From the human T2T-CHM13v2.0 reference genome, Homo sapiens: a DNA stretch of 64,000 bases. The stretch lies in the NCBI RefSeq assembly GCF_009914755.1, contig NC_060930.1; one strand, given 5' to 3'. The translations under genes were made by a program, and so were the position numbers. Under the pieces are notes generated by a model. The model worked only from the letters and a program-made list of their open reading frames with translations, made no database searches and was not told the origin of the DNA. Numbering within the stretch: the stretch's first letter is position 1; the number at the start of each line of letters is the position of its first letter. Positions 12,746-26,980 of this stretch are shown piece by piece.

Positions 12746-15700
12746 AACGTTTTCAAATCTTTACAGAAGTGGAAGAGCATAACGATCCTTCATGTACACA
12801 TCGCCCAGCTTCAACTATGATGTTTCATTTGTAAATATTTCCGTCTACACTTCCAAAGGATGATGACTATTTTTAAAAGTCCAACTATAATACCATTATA
12901 TTTTAAAAGTTAAAACACTATGTCTTTAAATATCAAGAGTTTGTATTGATTCGCACTTTGAAGGTCGAGCTGATGAAATTTCCTGAGGGGTTGGATGTGA
13001 CATGAGAGAGGAGTCAAGTATTGCATGGTAATTAAAAACCTTTGCAGCATAGTCCATTTACCGAAAGACTATATGTATGCACTTCAAAGCAGGTTTTAAA
13101 GATTAACATCAAGCATCTGGCTTCATGAGTTTTAACTTCTTTTCATAAATGTTATACAATGTCATCATCTCTCCAGCTAGAGAAAATGCTATTATTCTTA
13201 TTTTCAAATGAGGAAAATGACGCAGAATTATTTACATATTATGTAACTTGGTCCCAAGTCCCTTAGATACTGGTTTAGAAAATCCTAGTAAACTGGAAGT
13301 GACTTATCCAAAATTAAAATTTATTTTGCTCTATTGTCTTTTGTTGCCTATGGGAACTTTGTGCAGGTAACTAGGCACATGTCAGGACTGATTTACTGAC
13401 CTCTCAAGGTATCTTTAATTATTTTGGGGGATATCACGGAATGAGTTCTACACAATTCATTTGAATCGAATTGAACTTAAGAAAATTCAAATGATGCATT
13501 GGCTGCCTCCTATTTATTACATGCTGCTCATAGGCATAACAGCATAGTCTAACAAGTATAAAACCTGTGTAACTGTAGCTTTCAGTGCAGTGTGATGAGG
13601 GCTGAGAAGATAGTGGTACAAAGAAGAGAGGTAGCAGAGTGAAGCTGAGTCAATATGATGAAGATTTCTCTAGACTTGAAAGGGCTAGAAAAGGTTATTC
13701 TTGGCAGGAAAAAAACATGAGCCAAGGCATAAGGATAAGCACAGGCATGGCAGATTTGGGAATGTCATGTAATTTGTTGCTGGGCTGCAAAGTACATGGA
13801 AGGGGAGTGAAGGAACAGAAGGAGATGAATCTGGAGGGAGAGGTTAAAGTGTTCCAGAGAGCAATATGTAGGTGTTACTCTAAGTCAAAGAGGTCGTAAT
13901 AGCATGTCCAGACTCCAAAACTCTAAACAAGTCATAGAATTGCTGCCTTGGTAGGGCATATCACACACATCAACCCAATCCTCTGTCACCATGACATCCA
14001 TATAACTGCAACTCTATACATTTCCCAGCCTATGTTCCCAGAGTCTCCAGATGACATTGTCTGCAAACTGCACTGCAGAAGGCTCTGCTATGTCTTCTTA
14101 AAAGTAAGCAAGACTGTTTTCCTTTGTTACATGAGCAGCAAAAGGATAGGGTGCTCTTTGACCTCACTTACTGTAGGGTGGATAGGAAAGTCAAGGAAGA
14201 GTAACCCAGAAGATTTAGTTTTAACTTTCGCATCAAAGAGGTCCCTTAGCATCTGCTCAGAGATGTCACAATTTCTGGTGTGTGATTATGTTTAAGAATT
14301 CGGCCTTGCCACTGTTGAAGTTGTTCTGTGGAAAAAGAACCTCTCTTAATTTTACATGATGCCCAACTTCTCTTTTATTCCAGAATCACTCATATGCTGT
14401 TGGACTCTTTCCAGCCATGTGTGCTAACCTAGGCAATGTCATAATAGATGAATTATGTTTACTTTGTCTTTGATATCTCAGCTCTTTTATCTTCTATTCA
14501 AGTTCCCACCTCCATCATTACTGATAGTGTTCGTTGAACAAAGAATATGTCAGATATACAGAAGTGTTTCTCCCCTTTTCTCTGTCTCTCTTTTCCTTCC
14601 TTTCCTTTAGTTTCCTTTCTCTGTCTGTTTTCTGATGCCTCATTTTAGAAAAGTGATTTTTTTTGTGGGAAAATCATTTTAGCATTAGAAACGCAATGGC
14701 TATCACTGACAGCTTCCTCTGATGAAACGGCCATTTGTCATCATTACACGGTCATGGGAGTGCTAAGAAGACTTAAATGCAGGGCTACCACCCCTTCCCA
14801 ATTCATCTTTTATCCATTTTATTTCTCTAAGGAAAGGGTTTGAAAAATGGGCTTTGCCCTCTTGGATGCAGTGAAGAAATTCTAGCTGGCTACAGATGTT
14901 ATTGTTGGTCGGAGGCAAGGGATAAAATCATGGTCACACCATTGTAGCGCCAGATGGGGAATGTAGCAAACATAGTTGTAATTTCTCATTTTACAGATGA
15001 AGAAACTGAGGTGCAGAGGGGTTCGGTGACTTGTTTAAGGCATGTAATTGTTATTGGCAGCTTTCTGTTCAGAACTTAAGAGTATGAGTCAGTCTAGATC
15101 TTTTCATCACAATACTCTGCTCCTCTTACTTTTTCCTGAAATTTGTCACATTGACAGCAATGTGATCCCTAATGACACACAGATTCCCAAATAATTTTTG
15201 TAGTAAAAATTTCCATTTGCAATTCTGGACATGTGTGTGTGTGGAATTTTATGTGATGACATATTGGTCCTATCTTTTGAATAGGATCATAAATGAAATG
15301 ACTTATGGATCACATTCAAAAGCAGGCCAGGGGCCAATGTGTAAGCAGGTGGGTTTTCATATTTGGAGTTCTGTACTTTTGTGTTAGTCAGTGGGTCTAG
15401 GACTCTTGTAGTGTATTTCCCAAGGGCCAAAGTCTTCTGCCTTGAGGTGTCAGCTTTCCAAGGCAGAGGCTGGATGCTTTCTCTTCCTTCTGGGCTCCTT
15501 TCTCTTAGGCTTCCCCCTTCTCTTCTCCTCCATTTGTATCTGTCCTTTTTCTCGGTACTTTCCCTGGCTGGTCTCAGCTAGATGCTCACTCAATGCTGTT
15601 GAATAAATGAATGAATTTCGTAGTAATTCTGCAGGTAAATCAAGTTATTGTCTCCCAATACGGTGCTATGCTTTCTGAGGAAATTAGACTGGAAGTCAGG

Positions 15701-16365
15701 CTTTTTAAAAAAGAAGATGTGGTGTCAAATTGCAGCTCTCTCTCTCTCTCGACTTACCTTTTTTCTATCATCCATATGCCTTCTTTCTTGTATCTTTGGG
15801 TTCCCAGACCTCACCATTCATTAGCACTTGGAATGGATTGGTAAGAATAAAGAAAGGAGAGGTGGTGAAACTCAGCTTGGGTCATCTGGTTACACATTAG
15901 TAACTGACAAAAGATAAAAAGATACAGACTAAATGGGTTTTTAGGGAACTTTTTCCAGTCTATTCTTGTTTCCCATTAGTGTGAAAAATCAACACTTGCT
16001 TGTATTTTGGGGTGAAGACATTTTTCTTAAGTGAGTGGGAAAGCCTCTTGACATTTTACCGAGAGCCTTAAATTTTGAATGGTGAATGCTAATGTTCTTT
16101 GTGCATAAAGAATTTCAGAACTTGTATATATGAGCATTAATGATGCATCATTTTCTATTTGTGAGTTAAACTAGGTATTATCTGTAATCATATTTTTAGG
16201 AAACATTCAAACTTTCATCAAGTCATTCTCTTATATGACTCTCAGCTCCATTAACTCTGTTTTCATGGAACTCAACAGAGTTCTTAACGTTTGCATTATA
16301 AATTAAATTAGCATTTCCCCTCAAAGAAGTATTGCTGTCCTTACAATAAATAATTGTAGACAATT

Positions 16366-16670
16366 TCTTTTCTTTTCTTTTTTTTTTTTTTGAGACAGGT
16401 TCTCTCTCTGTCACCCATGCTGGAGTGCAGTGGCACAGTCACAGCTCACTGCAGCCTTGACCTCCTGGGCTCAAGCAATCTTCCCACCTCAACCTCCTGA
16501 GTAGCTAGAATTATAGGTGCACACCAGACCTGGCTAATGTTTAAATTTTTTGTAGAGTTGGGGTCTTGCTATGTTGCCCAGGCTGGTCTCTAACTCTTGG
16601 GCTGAAGCATTCCTCCCACCGCAGCCTTCCAGAGCAGTGAGATTACAGGTGTGAGCTACCATGCCCAGCT
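16366..16670 (-). mobile_element. AluJ
   Basis: T-tail + GAGACAGG..GGCTCAAGCAATC..GCCCAGC. Confidence 0.92.
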
Positions 16671-16829
16671 AATTGCAGGTGATTTCTAATGGGATTTAGT
16701 ATTTCTGGGTTTAAGGATGAGATCTGAGGTAATGACTTTGTTTCCAGATGTGAAATAATTTGCTCTTGGGTTGTGAGCCCTTTGGGTGGGCTCCCAAGGA
16801 TCCTGCTCTCTTCCAGGAGCCCAGGCTCT

Positions 16830-17025
16830 GGGGTCAGACTGCCTGGGTCCTTGACTCCCTGTTTTCTGATTGTACAACTTTGGTGAGTGGCCTAATTCCT
16901 CTGTGCCTTGGCTACCTTGGTTACTATTTCTAAAACAACTGGTGTTGTAGTAGTACTGCTTAGAGTACTTTCAAGGGTTAAATGAATTAATCCATGTAAA
17001 ACGCTTAAAATAGTGCCTGCCACAA
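16830..17025 (+). mobile_element. MIR SINE
   Basis: GGGTCAGACTGCCTGGG..CTCTGTGCCT..AATGAATTAATCCATGTAAAACGCTTA..GTGCCTG. Confidence 0.6.
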
Positions 17026-19149
17026 CCATCAATTTAGTGTGAAAATCTGCTCACCTGCTTGGCCAGCCCCTTTCACTTTATTAAACCAAGGGTCGTGCTG
17101 GGTTTTCCAGAAGTCTAAGTTGCGGTCTAATCTTTGTGCAGAAGCTGAAATAGCAGCCATAACGTTCTCCCTAGATGATTTCGTGGAGCTTCTTTGAACT
17201 GTATCTATCTCCAGTCATTTTTGTGGAAGAAATTTTCTTCTGTACTTTTTAGGGATGAGAATTACCTGCCTTGGTTTATTAACTAAAAGACACCATGATT
17301 ACAAATAAAATTAAATAAATATTGTATCACTAAATAGATAATATGAGATAGATGTATTAAGTTTTCAGATAAACAGTATAAAAGAGCTAGAGTAATTTGT
17401 AAAAAGTTGGGAGGACCTATTTTGTCATGCAGGAAACAATTTTTAACTTGCCTACCCCAGAACATAGCTACCACATGGTTAGGGTTTGCCCAAACCTGGC
17501 CCAGGAGTCATTTACCTTGAGCTTTCCTAAAAAGGAGGATCAGGATTTTCCTCTCCAGACTCTATCATTTTAGGTAGAGTCCTTCTTGTCAATTCTTTTT
17601 AAGAACATACATTTACTTTTGTGGAAAATAAATAGATACAAAATAAATACATACAAAATTGCATAGCAATTAGAAATACCCAGGAGGTATGTTATGGTCA
17701 CAGACACAAACTGCCTCCAACTTCTGTCCATCCATAGTGATATTTAAAGCAGAGAGAGGTACACAGGTAACCACATTTAGATGGACTGGGATGTTGCCAC
17801 ACATACAAGCATTGATAACTGGCTTCTCATTACCTGAATACATTCTTCTGTCAGAGCAACAGACTCAGCTATGCTTCTGGCAAAATTGTTCTTAATTCTC
17901 TATTGATTAATTTATTCGGTAAGTATTTATTGGGTATTTTCTGTCTGAAAAGTGCGATTCCAGGTGCTTTATGTGTCTCTGTGTGTGGGTGTTATATAAA
18001 TACTTATAATACTGTATCCATACTCTTGAAAAGCTTAGTTGGGAAGGCAAGGCATGCAATAAGGAACACAGAATTTTAGTCATTCCACAACCATCTGTTG
18101 AATGGCTGCTATTGTTAGTATCGTGGTGGAAACTGAGAAGCAAAGATGACTATAATAGGATCTCTTTTCTGGAGATGCACAGTGGACACGTAGTTATATG
18201 ATGATGATAAGGACTCCAGAATAGTTCTATACATGATGCTCTGGGGCCACATGCAGATTCTGATGAGAAACAATTAACTCTTTTTGGCTGCTACCTGAGA
18301 AGGGGTAATTGTCACTCAGGAGGTTTTTGCCTTTTGACCAACATAGAAAGGAGTGTGAGTGAAGGCTAGAGGTGTACTAACTTGGTCAGGGCAGGGTGAC
18401 ACATAAAATTAACCATCACAGGGAAGGGTAGGGCTGGAGAGGCAGACTGTGGCCAGGTTACAATGCGCTGAGGCTAAGGAGACTGTGTTTATCCTGTAGG
18501 CCAGTGGGTCTTACTCTGAAGTCTTTTGGGTGGGACATTCATGGACTTCAAGAGACCTGTGAATGCCCTAAGATTATAAGTAAAATCTGTGAGTCTGTAA
18601 CTAAAGCTAAAGCTATTTTTCTGGGGCCCACCATCTAAAGAAGATTCTGAAGCCTTAGGGTAGCCGTGGAGGAGACATGAAGGTCCATTTTGCATGGTAG
18701 AACCCTGCCTGGCTCTTGCTGCAGTGTGGGAGGACAGGTTTGCAATGTGGAGGTGTGGCAGGCATGGATTTGGGAGGATTGGCAGAGGACTCACCATGTC
18801 CATACACTCACTGAGATGGCAAATATTTATTAATCATCCAACTGTGTATCAGACACTAAGAATAAGCTGGGAGGCCATGGCAAGTGAGGTCACCACAGTC
18901 CCTGCCACAGTGGAGGTTATGGTATACAGGTAAGGCAGGGAAGAGCACTGCAAAGGGTTTGCCCATTGCATCAGTCATTTATTTATGCACATGTTGATTC
19001 AACAATTATTTCTATGCCAAGCTGTCTTCAAGGTGCTGGAGGAAATGAAGCGTACATTTCACTGGGGAAGACAGACAATAAGTAAACACATTAAAATCTG
19101 GCTTGGCTTGATGTTGGGGAGGGGTGAGTGCCATAGAGAAAACAAACCA

Positions 19150-19944
19150 TTTATGCAGCCAACAAACATATGAAAAAAATCTCATCATCACTGGCCATTA
19201 GAGAAATGCAAATCAAAACCACAATGATATACCATCTCACGCCAGTTAGAATGGTGATCATTAAAAAGTCAGGAAACAACAGATGCTGGAGAGGATGTGG
19301 AGAAATAGGAACACTTTTACACTGTTGGTGGGAGTGTAAATTAGTTCAGCCATTGTGGAAGACAGTGTGATGATCCCTCAAGGATCTAGAACCAGAAATA
19401 CCATTTGGCCCAGCAATCCCATTACTGGCTATATACCTAAAGGATTATAAATCATTCTACTAGAAAGACACATGCACACGTATGTTTATTGCAGCATTGT
19501 TCACAATAGCAAAGACTTGGAACCAACCCAAATGCCCATCAATGATAGACTGGATAAAGAAAATGTGGCACATATACACCATGGAATACTATGCAGACAT
19601 AAAAAAGGATGAAGTAATGTCCTTTGCAGGGACATGGGTGAAGCTGGAAACCATCATTCTCAGCAAACTAACACAGGAACAGAAAACCACACACTGCATG
19701 TTCTCACTGGTAAGTGGAAATTGAACAATGAGAACACATGGACACAGGGACGGGAACATTACACACCTGGGGTCTATCAGGGGGTTGGGGGCTAAGGGAG
19801 TGATAGCATTAGGAGAAATACCAAATGTAGATGACGGGCTGATGGGTGCAGCAAACCACCATGGCACGTGTATACCTATGTAACAAACTTGCACATTCTG
19901 CACATGTATCCCAGAACTTAAAGTATAATTAAAAAAAAAAGAAA
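19150..19944 (+). mobile_element. 5'-truncated L1PA7/8-like element inserted in an L2 relic
   Basis: ORF2 C-terminal peptides, 3'UTR, A-tail; TSD AGAAAACAAACCA (19137-19149, 19945-19957). Confidence 0.92.
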
Positions 19945-21452
19945 AGAAAACAAACCAGTGTAAGAGGATGGAAAGTAATAGGCTCGTTTAGAATGGTGTG
20001 AGAAAGCCAGGCAGGGAGAAGGCGCTGAGACAGGGAGGTCCTGGATGTGTTTGTGGAAGAGCTGTGGCAGCACCTGGAACTTGGGGAGCAAGGGAAGGAG
20101 TGTGGGCAGGCAAGGGTGAGGGTGCAGGGGGTCATGCTGGGCCTTCCAGGTCACGGAAGGACTTGAGCTTTACTCTTGTTGTGGTGAGAAGCTGCTGAGG
20201 GCTTGGAGTTAGGGGAGTGAAAAGATCTCTACTATAATAGGGAGAGTTCGGGATCTGTAACTTAACCCCAGGAGCCAGCAAAGCTCCCTGGAGGAAATGC
20301 AGTTTAAGCTGAGAATGGGAGGATAAACAGGTGTTTTTCAGAGAAGAGGAAGGGTGCTCTAGGCACAGAGAACAACATGCTGGAATGCTTCTACTAGATC
20401 ATAGGGGCAAAATGGGAGTGCAGGAGTAGGAGAGGGCTTTCTGGGAAAGATACTTATTTTAATTTTGCATGCATTGAGTTTTTGAGGTTTCTTTGGTTTG
20501 TTCATGTGGAGGTGCAGAGTGGGTATTTAGCACATAGGTCTGAAGTCCAGGGGAGGGGTGTGGGACAGCAGTTGGATGTGGCAGAGATTCCACAAAGAGC
20601 AAATATCATCTGAGAATGGCAGAGGGCTGAGGGCAGAGCCCTGAGGAACACTGGTGTTTAGGAGCCTGCTGGAGAAAGAAAATACTGCAAAGGGAACGGA
20701 AGTGGAGTGGTTGCCAGACATAGAAGCTAGTGTCTAACTAGATGTCATGAGATGTGGGGAAGGTGTTACGTATCTAAGAATGCAAAGTTGAACCCCTGTG
20801 AACTGTAATACTTAAGATAAGTCGTATAAATTGTCTGGAACTAGAGCTTGATTTTCCAGGAGAGATGAAATGTGTGTAGGTGACAGGAAACAATGAATAT
20901 GTGGGCGAGTGTAGTGTGAGCAATTTCTCAGAGGTGAATTTGACAGCATTTTGCTTAGGAAGCTACAAAGAGACCAATGCTAGTTGGTGCAAGGAATTCA
21001 AGAATTTGGACTTAAGTCTATATAATGATGATTTTTTTTTTTTAACTTGAGTTTCCCGGTTTATCACTCCCAGAATATAGGCAGAAGTTTGAGATTTTTA
21101 TGTGTATTTTCTGGAAAAGATAGTTTCAGTGTTTTTTACATTCTCAAACAGGTTTATGATCCAAAGAAAAGGCAGTGGTCACAGATACATGAAACGACAA
21201 GGTATTCAAAGGAGAACGTTGTACTTTATGACAGTTCTTTGGGCAGTGGCTTGCAGGATGAGTTTGAGGAATGATTGGAGGCAGGAGAGTAATTCTAGTA
21301 ATTCAAATGTGGAGTATTGTTGATCTCTCAGACACAAATGGAAAAACAAGGAATTCAAAGAAAGATAGGCAGAGTGTTTTGAAGAAATAATTGATGAAAT
21401 TTGGTAATGAGTTAGATGTAGGAGATATATTTAGCAAATATTTATTAAGGAC

Positions 21453-21808
21453 TGTATTAATCTGTTATCATGCTGCTAATAAAGACATACCAAGACTGGG
21501 TAAATTATAAAGAAAAAGAGATTTAATGGACTCACAGTGCCACGTGGTTGGGGAGGCCTCACAATCATGGCATAAAGCAAAGGAGGAACAAAGTCACGTC
21601 TTACATGGCAATAGAGTGTGTGCAAGGGAACTGCCATTTATAAAACCATCAGATTTCATGAGAAATATTCACTATCATGAGAACAGCACAGACAAAAGCC
21701 TGCCACCATGATTTAATTACCTCCCACTGAGTTCCCCCAGGACACATGGAATTATGGAAGCTACAATTCAAGATAAGATTTAGGTGGGGATACAGCCAAA
21801 CCATATCA
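21453..21808 (-). mobile_element. THE1 (ERVL-MaLR) solo LTR
   Basis: TG..CA ends (CAGCCAAACCATATCA), 356 bp, 5-bp TSD AGGAC on both sides. Confidence 0.92.
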
Positions 21809-22353
21809 AGGACCTACTGTATATGGTTAAAATTGGGAGCAAATGAGACATGATTCTTGCCTTCTTGGAGTTTACTGTTTACTAGGGGAACATACACTTG
21901 TCAATAATCACCCAAATATAGGATTGGAAATTGTGGTAAGTGCCATGAAAAACAAGTATAGGGAATTTTGAGTGTATATAGCTTTGGGGACTTGATTTGA
22001 TGAGGGAGCCTTATGAAGTTATTGCACTAGAACTGAATTAAACCACATTTCTAGGAAGTGGACATCTATTTGTTGGTTCTTTAAATTTAGCTTTACAGAA
22101 ATATTTCCTTTAAAAACCAAGGCTTCTTAAATTTTTAAAACTGCTTGGCTAATCAGGGGAATAATGCTTTTGGATAGCTGGTATCGTTATTTATGGTTGG
22201 AAAAACAACAGTATTTGATTACATTGAGCTTTAAACTTTTCCTTTGATTAATGAAAATTTTATTGGCCCATAGTTTTTATTATGCTCTGTTTTTACTTGG
22301 TCCAAGAGATTCTATTCTCTGGACCCAATATGAATACCTTCAGACATCCCTCT

Positions 22354-22629
22354 TTTTTTTTTTTTTTTTTCACCCAGGCTGGAGTGCACTGGCACGATCT
22401 AGGCTCACTGCAACCTCTGCCTCCTGTGTTCAAGCAATTCTCTGCCTCAGCCTCCCGAGTAGCTGGGATTACAGGCACCTGCCACCACACCTGGCTTATT
22501 TTTGTATTTTTACCAGAGATGGGGTTTCACCATCTCGGCCAGGCTGGTCTTGAACTCCTGACCTCATGATTCACCCACCTTGGTCTCCTAAAGTGCTGGG
22601 ATTACAGGCATGAGCCACCACACCCAGCC
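22354..22629 (-). mobile_element. AluS lacking ~20 nt next to the tail
   Basis: TSD CAGACATCCCTCT (22341-22353, 22630-22642). Confidence 0.92.
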
Positions 22630-23239
22630 CAGACATCCCTCTTAATTATGTTGAATATGTAATATCGGTGATTTCATTTGAAAATATTTAGTAGTCGAAC
22701 TAGATCAAGGCAGTTAAGCTTCCTATTTCCATAGATGCAGTGGTATTGTGTCTTTTTTATATGATCTCTCATGCTTCTGGACATCCTTTTTTCTGCTATT
22801 CTTCATTCCTTAGCTACACTTGGTGCTTCGTGGTTGTAATGCATTGTCATAGATGCGTTCATTTCTCATTCGATCTTCAGCTCTATTTCTTTCCAGAGAA
22901 TCTCTACAGGCATCTGTTAGGTTGAAGGACATCTAATGTCTTAATGTGTAGCTTGGTAAACCAGTCAACTTTCTATCTGAGTCTTAAGAGAAAGTGTCCA
23001 AGATGAGAAACGGTACAGGTTTGGTGACAACTCAGTGAGAAAAAGAAGAATTTTACAAGGAAGGAGGTATCTTAGTAATTTTGCTAAAGAAGTAGGTAAA
23101 CCTTCACTTATAATAAAGGGATAGGGCTCGGTTAGGGTTTGTGAAGTCTCCCCTTAGGAAAGCAAACCCTGAAATATTTTGAATCTTTTAAAGAAGGAAA
23201 ATAAGAGTCTTTTAAATAAATTTTTAAAATTTATTTTAT

Positions 23240-23395
23240 ATATTTTTTATAGACAGGCTCTCACTCTGTCTCCCAGGCTGGAATGCAGTGGTGCAATCAT
23301 AGCTCACTGCAGCCTTGAATGCCTGGGCTCAAGCGGTCCTTCTGTCCCAGCCTCCTGAGTAGCTGGGACTGCAGGCATGAGCCAATGTGCCCAGC
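23240..23395 (-). mobile_element. Alu monomer (FLAM/FRAM/AluJ)
   Basis: Single-arm Alu homology. Confidence 0.8.
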
Positions 23396-24499
23396 AAGAG
23401 ACATTCATTTTGGTACTGTGATGGTACAGAAAAACAAAGGGCCTTTGAGGCCGAAGGAGCAGAAGAAGGATGGACTTAGACATGGTATAGGCACTTTCTA
23501 CTAAAGAGCTGTGAAGCTAAAAATGCCAGGTCTATGACAGGTGCAGTGGGCCAAGGCCAGGTAGAGAGCAGCAGGAAGAGAGGAGGTGGGGACCTGTACC
23601 TAGGCCCATCTGCTGGGACTGATCTAGCCATAGGTACTCAGAGAAGCCCAGATTGGTGCCTGACCCACCCTTATGGCCCAGACATGGACACCTCCCAGTC
23701 TGTTCCTTCCTGCTGCCCATGGTTGGGCTGTGTTAGTCTGTATTCTGAGGACACAGCTCTCTGTCTAGAGGAAGTTATGTTATCTTGATCTGATGGATAC
23801 TCAACGTGAACATTATTTCAACGTGCCACAGGGTCTTGGAGCCCAGAGGAAGACCGCTCTTGCCTTTTAGTTTATATTCTTTGTTTTTTTTTAAATAACA
23901 TTTTGACAGTCTTTATGGAGTAAGTCTGGGCCAAAATGATAATTGACAATGTTATTTACATGGATTTCTAAGTTGGCTAAAAAAGTTCCTTTATGGGTAG
24001 TGAATATAGCCCATGTAGTTTCCCCGTCTTCTTTAGATGCCTTCTATTTCTATGCCCAAAGTCTGCAGTTGATTTTCAGTAAGCTGGGGGTCATCTTAGA
24101 GATAAAATGTAGATGAATGGCATTTTGCTGACAGCATACATCTTTGCTATTTCTGAGGAAAATGGGCTCTCGCTATTAAATCTTTTGTCAATATTTATAA
24201 AAATAGTATTTACATATTCTATCTATATTGTGGAAACTATACATTTATTGATTCAGTCATTTGATATCAATGTTGTTGAGTCCCTATTCCAAGTGAGGCA
24301 CTATGCTCTAAGCACATGGCATTTTAAAGATGAATAAGACACCAAGAACTTTGCAGATAGTAATGGAAATGAGAATTAATCAATTGAAGATTAATATAGT
24401 AAGTAGCAGAAGAGAAATAAAAAAATCTTCTAGAGAGTTCAGAACAGGGATGTTGATTCAAGTTTATGGGGATTAGGAGTGGCTGGTAAGGGAGGCATT

Positions 24500-25218
24500 C
24501 AGGCAAAAGACATAAAAATGCAGTATTCCCCTCGCACTCATTAGGATGGCTACTATATTAGAAAAAGAAGAGAGTAAGTGTTGGAGAGGATATAGAGCAA
24601 ATAGAAACCTTGTGCCTTGTTCATGAGAATGTAAAATGGTGCAGCCACTGTGGAAAACACTGGTGATTCCTCAAAAAATCAAAATAGAATTATCATATGA
24701 TCCAGTAATTCTACTTCTGGGTATATATCTAAAAGAATTAAAAATCTGGGTCTTGAAGAAATATTTGTATACTCATAGTTATAGCAACATTATTCATAAT
24801 AGCCAAAAAGTAGAAGCAATCCAGATGTCTATAGATGGATGAATGGGTAAACGAAGTCTGTGTAGTATATACAGACAATGGCATATTAGTCACATCATGG
24901 ACCTTCAGGACATTATCCTAAGTGAAATATGCTAGACACAAAAAGCAAAAGTAGGGTTTCACTTAATGAGGTATCTAGAATTGCCACATTCACAGAGAAC
25001 AAAAGTAGATTGGTGGCTGCTAGGGGATAGGGGAAGGAGAAAATGGGGAATTATTGTTGAATGGGTATGGAGTTTCAGTTTTGTGAAATGAAAATGTTCT
25101 GAAGACTGGTTGCACGATGATGTGAGTATATCTAACATGATTGAATTGATGAACACTTAAGCATGGTTACGATGGTAAATTTTGTGTTATATATATCTTA
25201 CCACAATTTAAAAAATAT
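24500..25218 (+). mobile_element. L1MB-like 3' end
   Basis: Degenerate ORF2 C-terminus (MVQPLWKT..) and ATGGTAAATTTTGTGTTATATATATCTTACCACAATTTAAAA terminus. Confidence 0.8.
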
Positions 25219-26726
25219 AGCATTTTATTATGTAGGCGTGGGTGGGAAGATACTTGACACATTGGAACTTCTGGCCATGCGTATACTGTTCACTCACTTA
25301 TTCCTTCATTCATTCAACAAACATGTATTGAATGCTTGCTATGTGCTGGGCACTGAGCTAGATATAACAATTAATAAGGCTTATAAGACATTGAATCTAT
25401 CAATTTCATGCTTGCTAAATATCTACTCCCACCTCCAAAGGCACTAAGCTTCTACAGTTAGATATTCATAGCTGCTTCCTACTGACTTGAATCATGCATA
25501 GGATATTAGTAAACAAGCAATAAAAAGATTTGAGGTTGATGGGGGTGGGTTCAACAGCATGGTGGTGAAATGGAAAGAGATGGGTAACAGAATATGAACT
25601 AGAATTGAAAACTGTGAGCCAGTGCTCTCTAATGAACATTAAAAAATAAAGAATTCCTATTTGAGGCTGCCAACCTCAGAACTAAGTTATTTAGAATGGA
25701 CGAAATTGGCAAAGTCAGACGTACTCAACCCAAGGAGCCAATATTTTGTGAATATTATGGCAAATGTAGTTTGAGAACCACTACCACAAAATTGTGAACC
25801 ATAATAATGACTGAGAAGGCAGGGAGAGGTTATACAATTTGGGCTAAAAGGAAAGACAGGGCTTGTGAAGGGGAGCGCCAGTGAAAGTCAGTGTGGTTCG
25901 GGTATTTGGGTGGGGACTGGAAGCAGGAAGCTTGAGCTTCCTTTGCCAAGAGACCCTGCTGGAAGGGCTATCATCAATTGACTTTAGCTCATCTTAGGAT
26001 TTTCATTTTTTAAAAAATGTTCACAGGAACCTTCACTCCATCTATACTTTCAATGTCTGCCTACCTTTCTTTCTTATACAACTTTGAACACTCTCTCCAT
26101 TCATTTAAATATATTATGGAGTGCCAACTACATGCCAGGTACTGTGCTGGGCTCTTATTCCACCTTTATTTGATTGCACATGCCTGCCAAGTCCTGGGCC
26201 AATATAACATCTACTCCTATGTCTGGTCTGGCGAGAGATGCAAACTCATCTTCCTCTACTTTCCTTACCTCCTTCCTTCCAGTCTTCTTCAAGTTGTCTT
26301 CATTGAGGCAATTTCTTTTACCTATGTTTTTAATCCCAACTCCTCTAGTTTCCTTCTTGGCTTTATTCTTTTATCTTCCTCTTTGTGCTTTCAAACATTC
26401 CCTTTCTCCTGGCTCATGCCCTTCAGTCTACACGAGGCCTTCTCAAGTCTCTTCATTCTAAAAAATTCATTTTCTTGGGTCTTATATTCTTCAGCTGCCA
26501 CCCTATCTGTATCTTTTCCTATTCTCCTCCAAGTTCTCAAAGGAATGCCTTCCCTCATTTTCATCTCCTTACATTCCATCTGCTGAATTTTGGCTTGTGC
26601 CTGTACCTGTCTAAGGAAACTCCTTGCTAAGAGTCTGCTTTGTCAGGTCTGAATTCACTTAACCAGTCTTTGCTTTGTTGGACTTCTCTGCCCCATTTGC
26701 CATTCTTGATCATCCTCTCCATAAAC

Positions 26727-26980
26727 CTTTCTACTTAAAGCATTTTACTTCCTTATTTTCTTGGTTTTCCTAGAATCTCCTTACTGTTCATTTTCAGCTT
26801 CCTTTCTGTGTTCCTCTTCTCTTCCTACATTTTTTTTTAGCTTTCTACTTTCTTAAAGCATTTTACTTCCTTATTTTCTTGGTTTTCCTAGAATTTTCTT
26901 ACTGTTCATTTTCAGTTTCCTTTCTGTGTTCCTCTGATTGTCTCTCTTTCTACATTTTTTTTTTCTGTGTTCCTCTGATT
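26727..26980 (+). repeat. ~115-120-bp tandem duplication (two copies plus a partial third)
   Basis: TTAAAGCATTTTACTTCCTTATTTTCTTGGTTTTCCTAGAAT..TTCTGTGTTCCTCT in copies starting at 26727 and 26841. Confidence 0.92.

Noticed and set aside
26017-26586. Longest ORF in the track (189 aa, hydrophobic)
   Set aside because: Pyrimidine-rich L2-like sequence gives L/F/S-rich frames by chance; no domain or splice support
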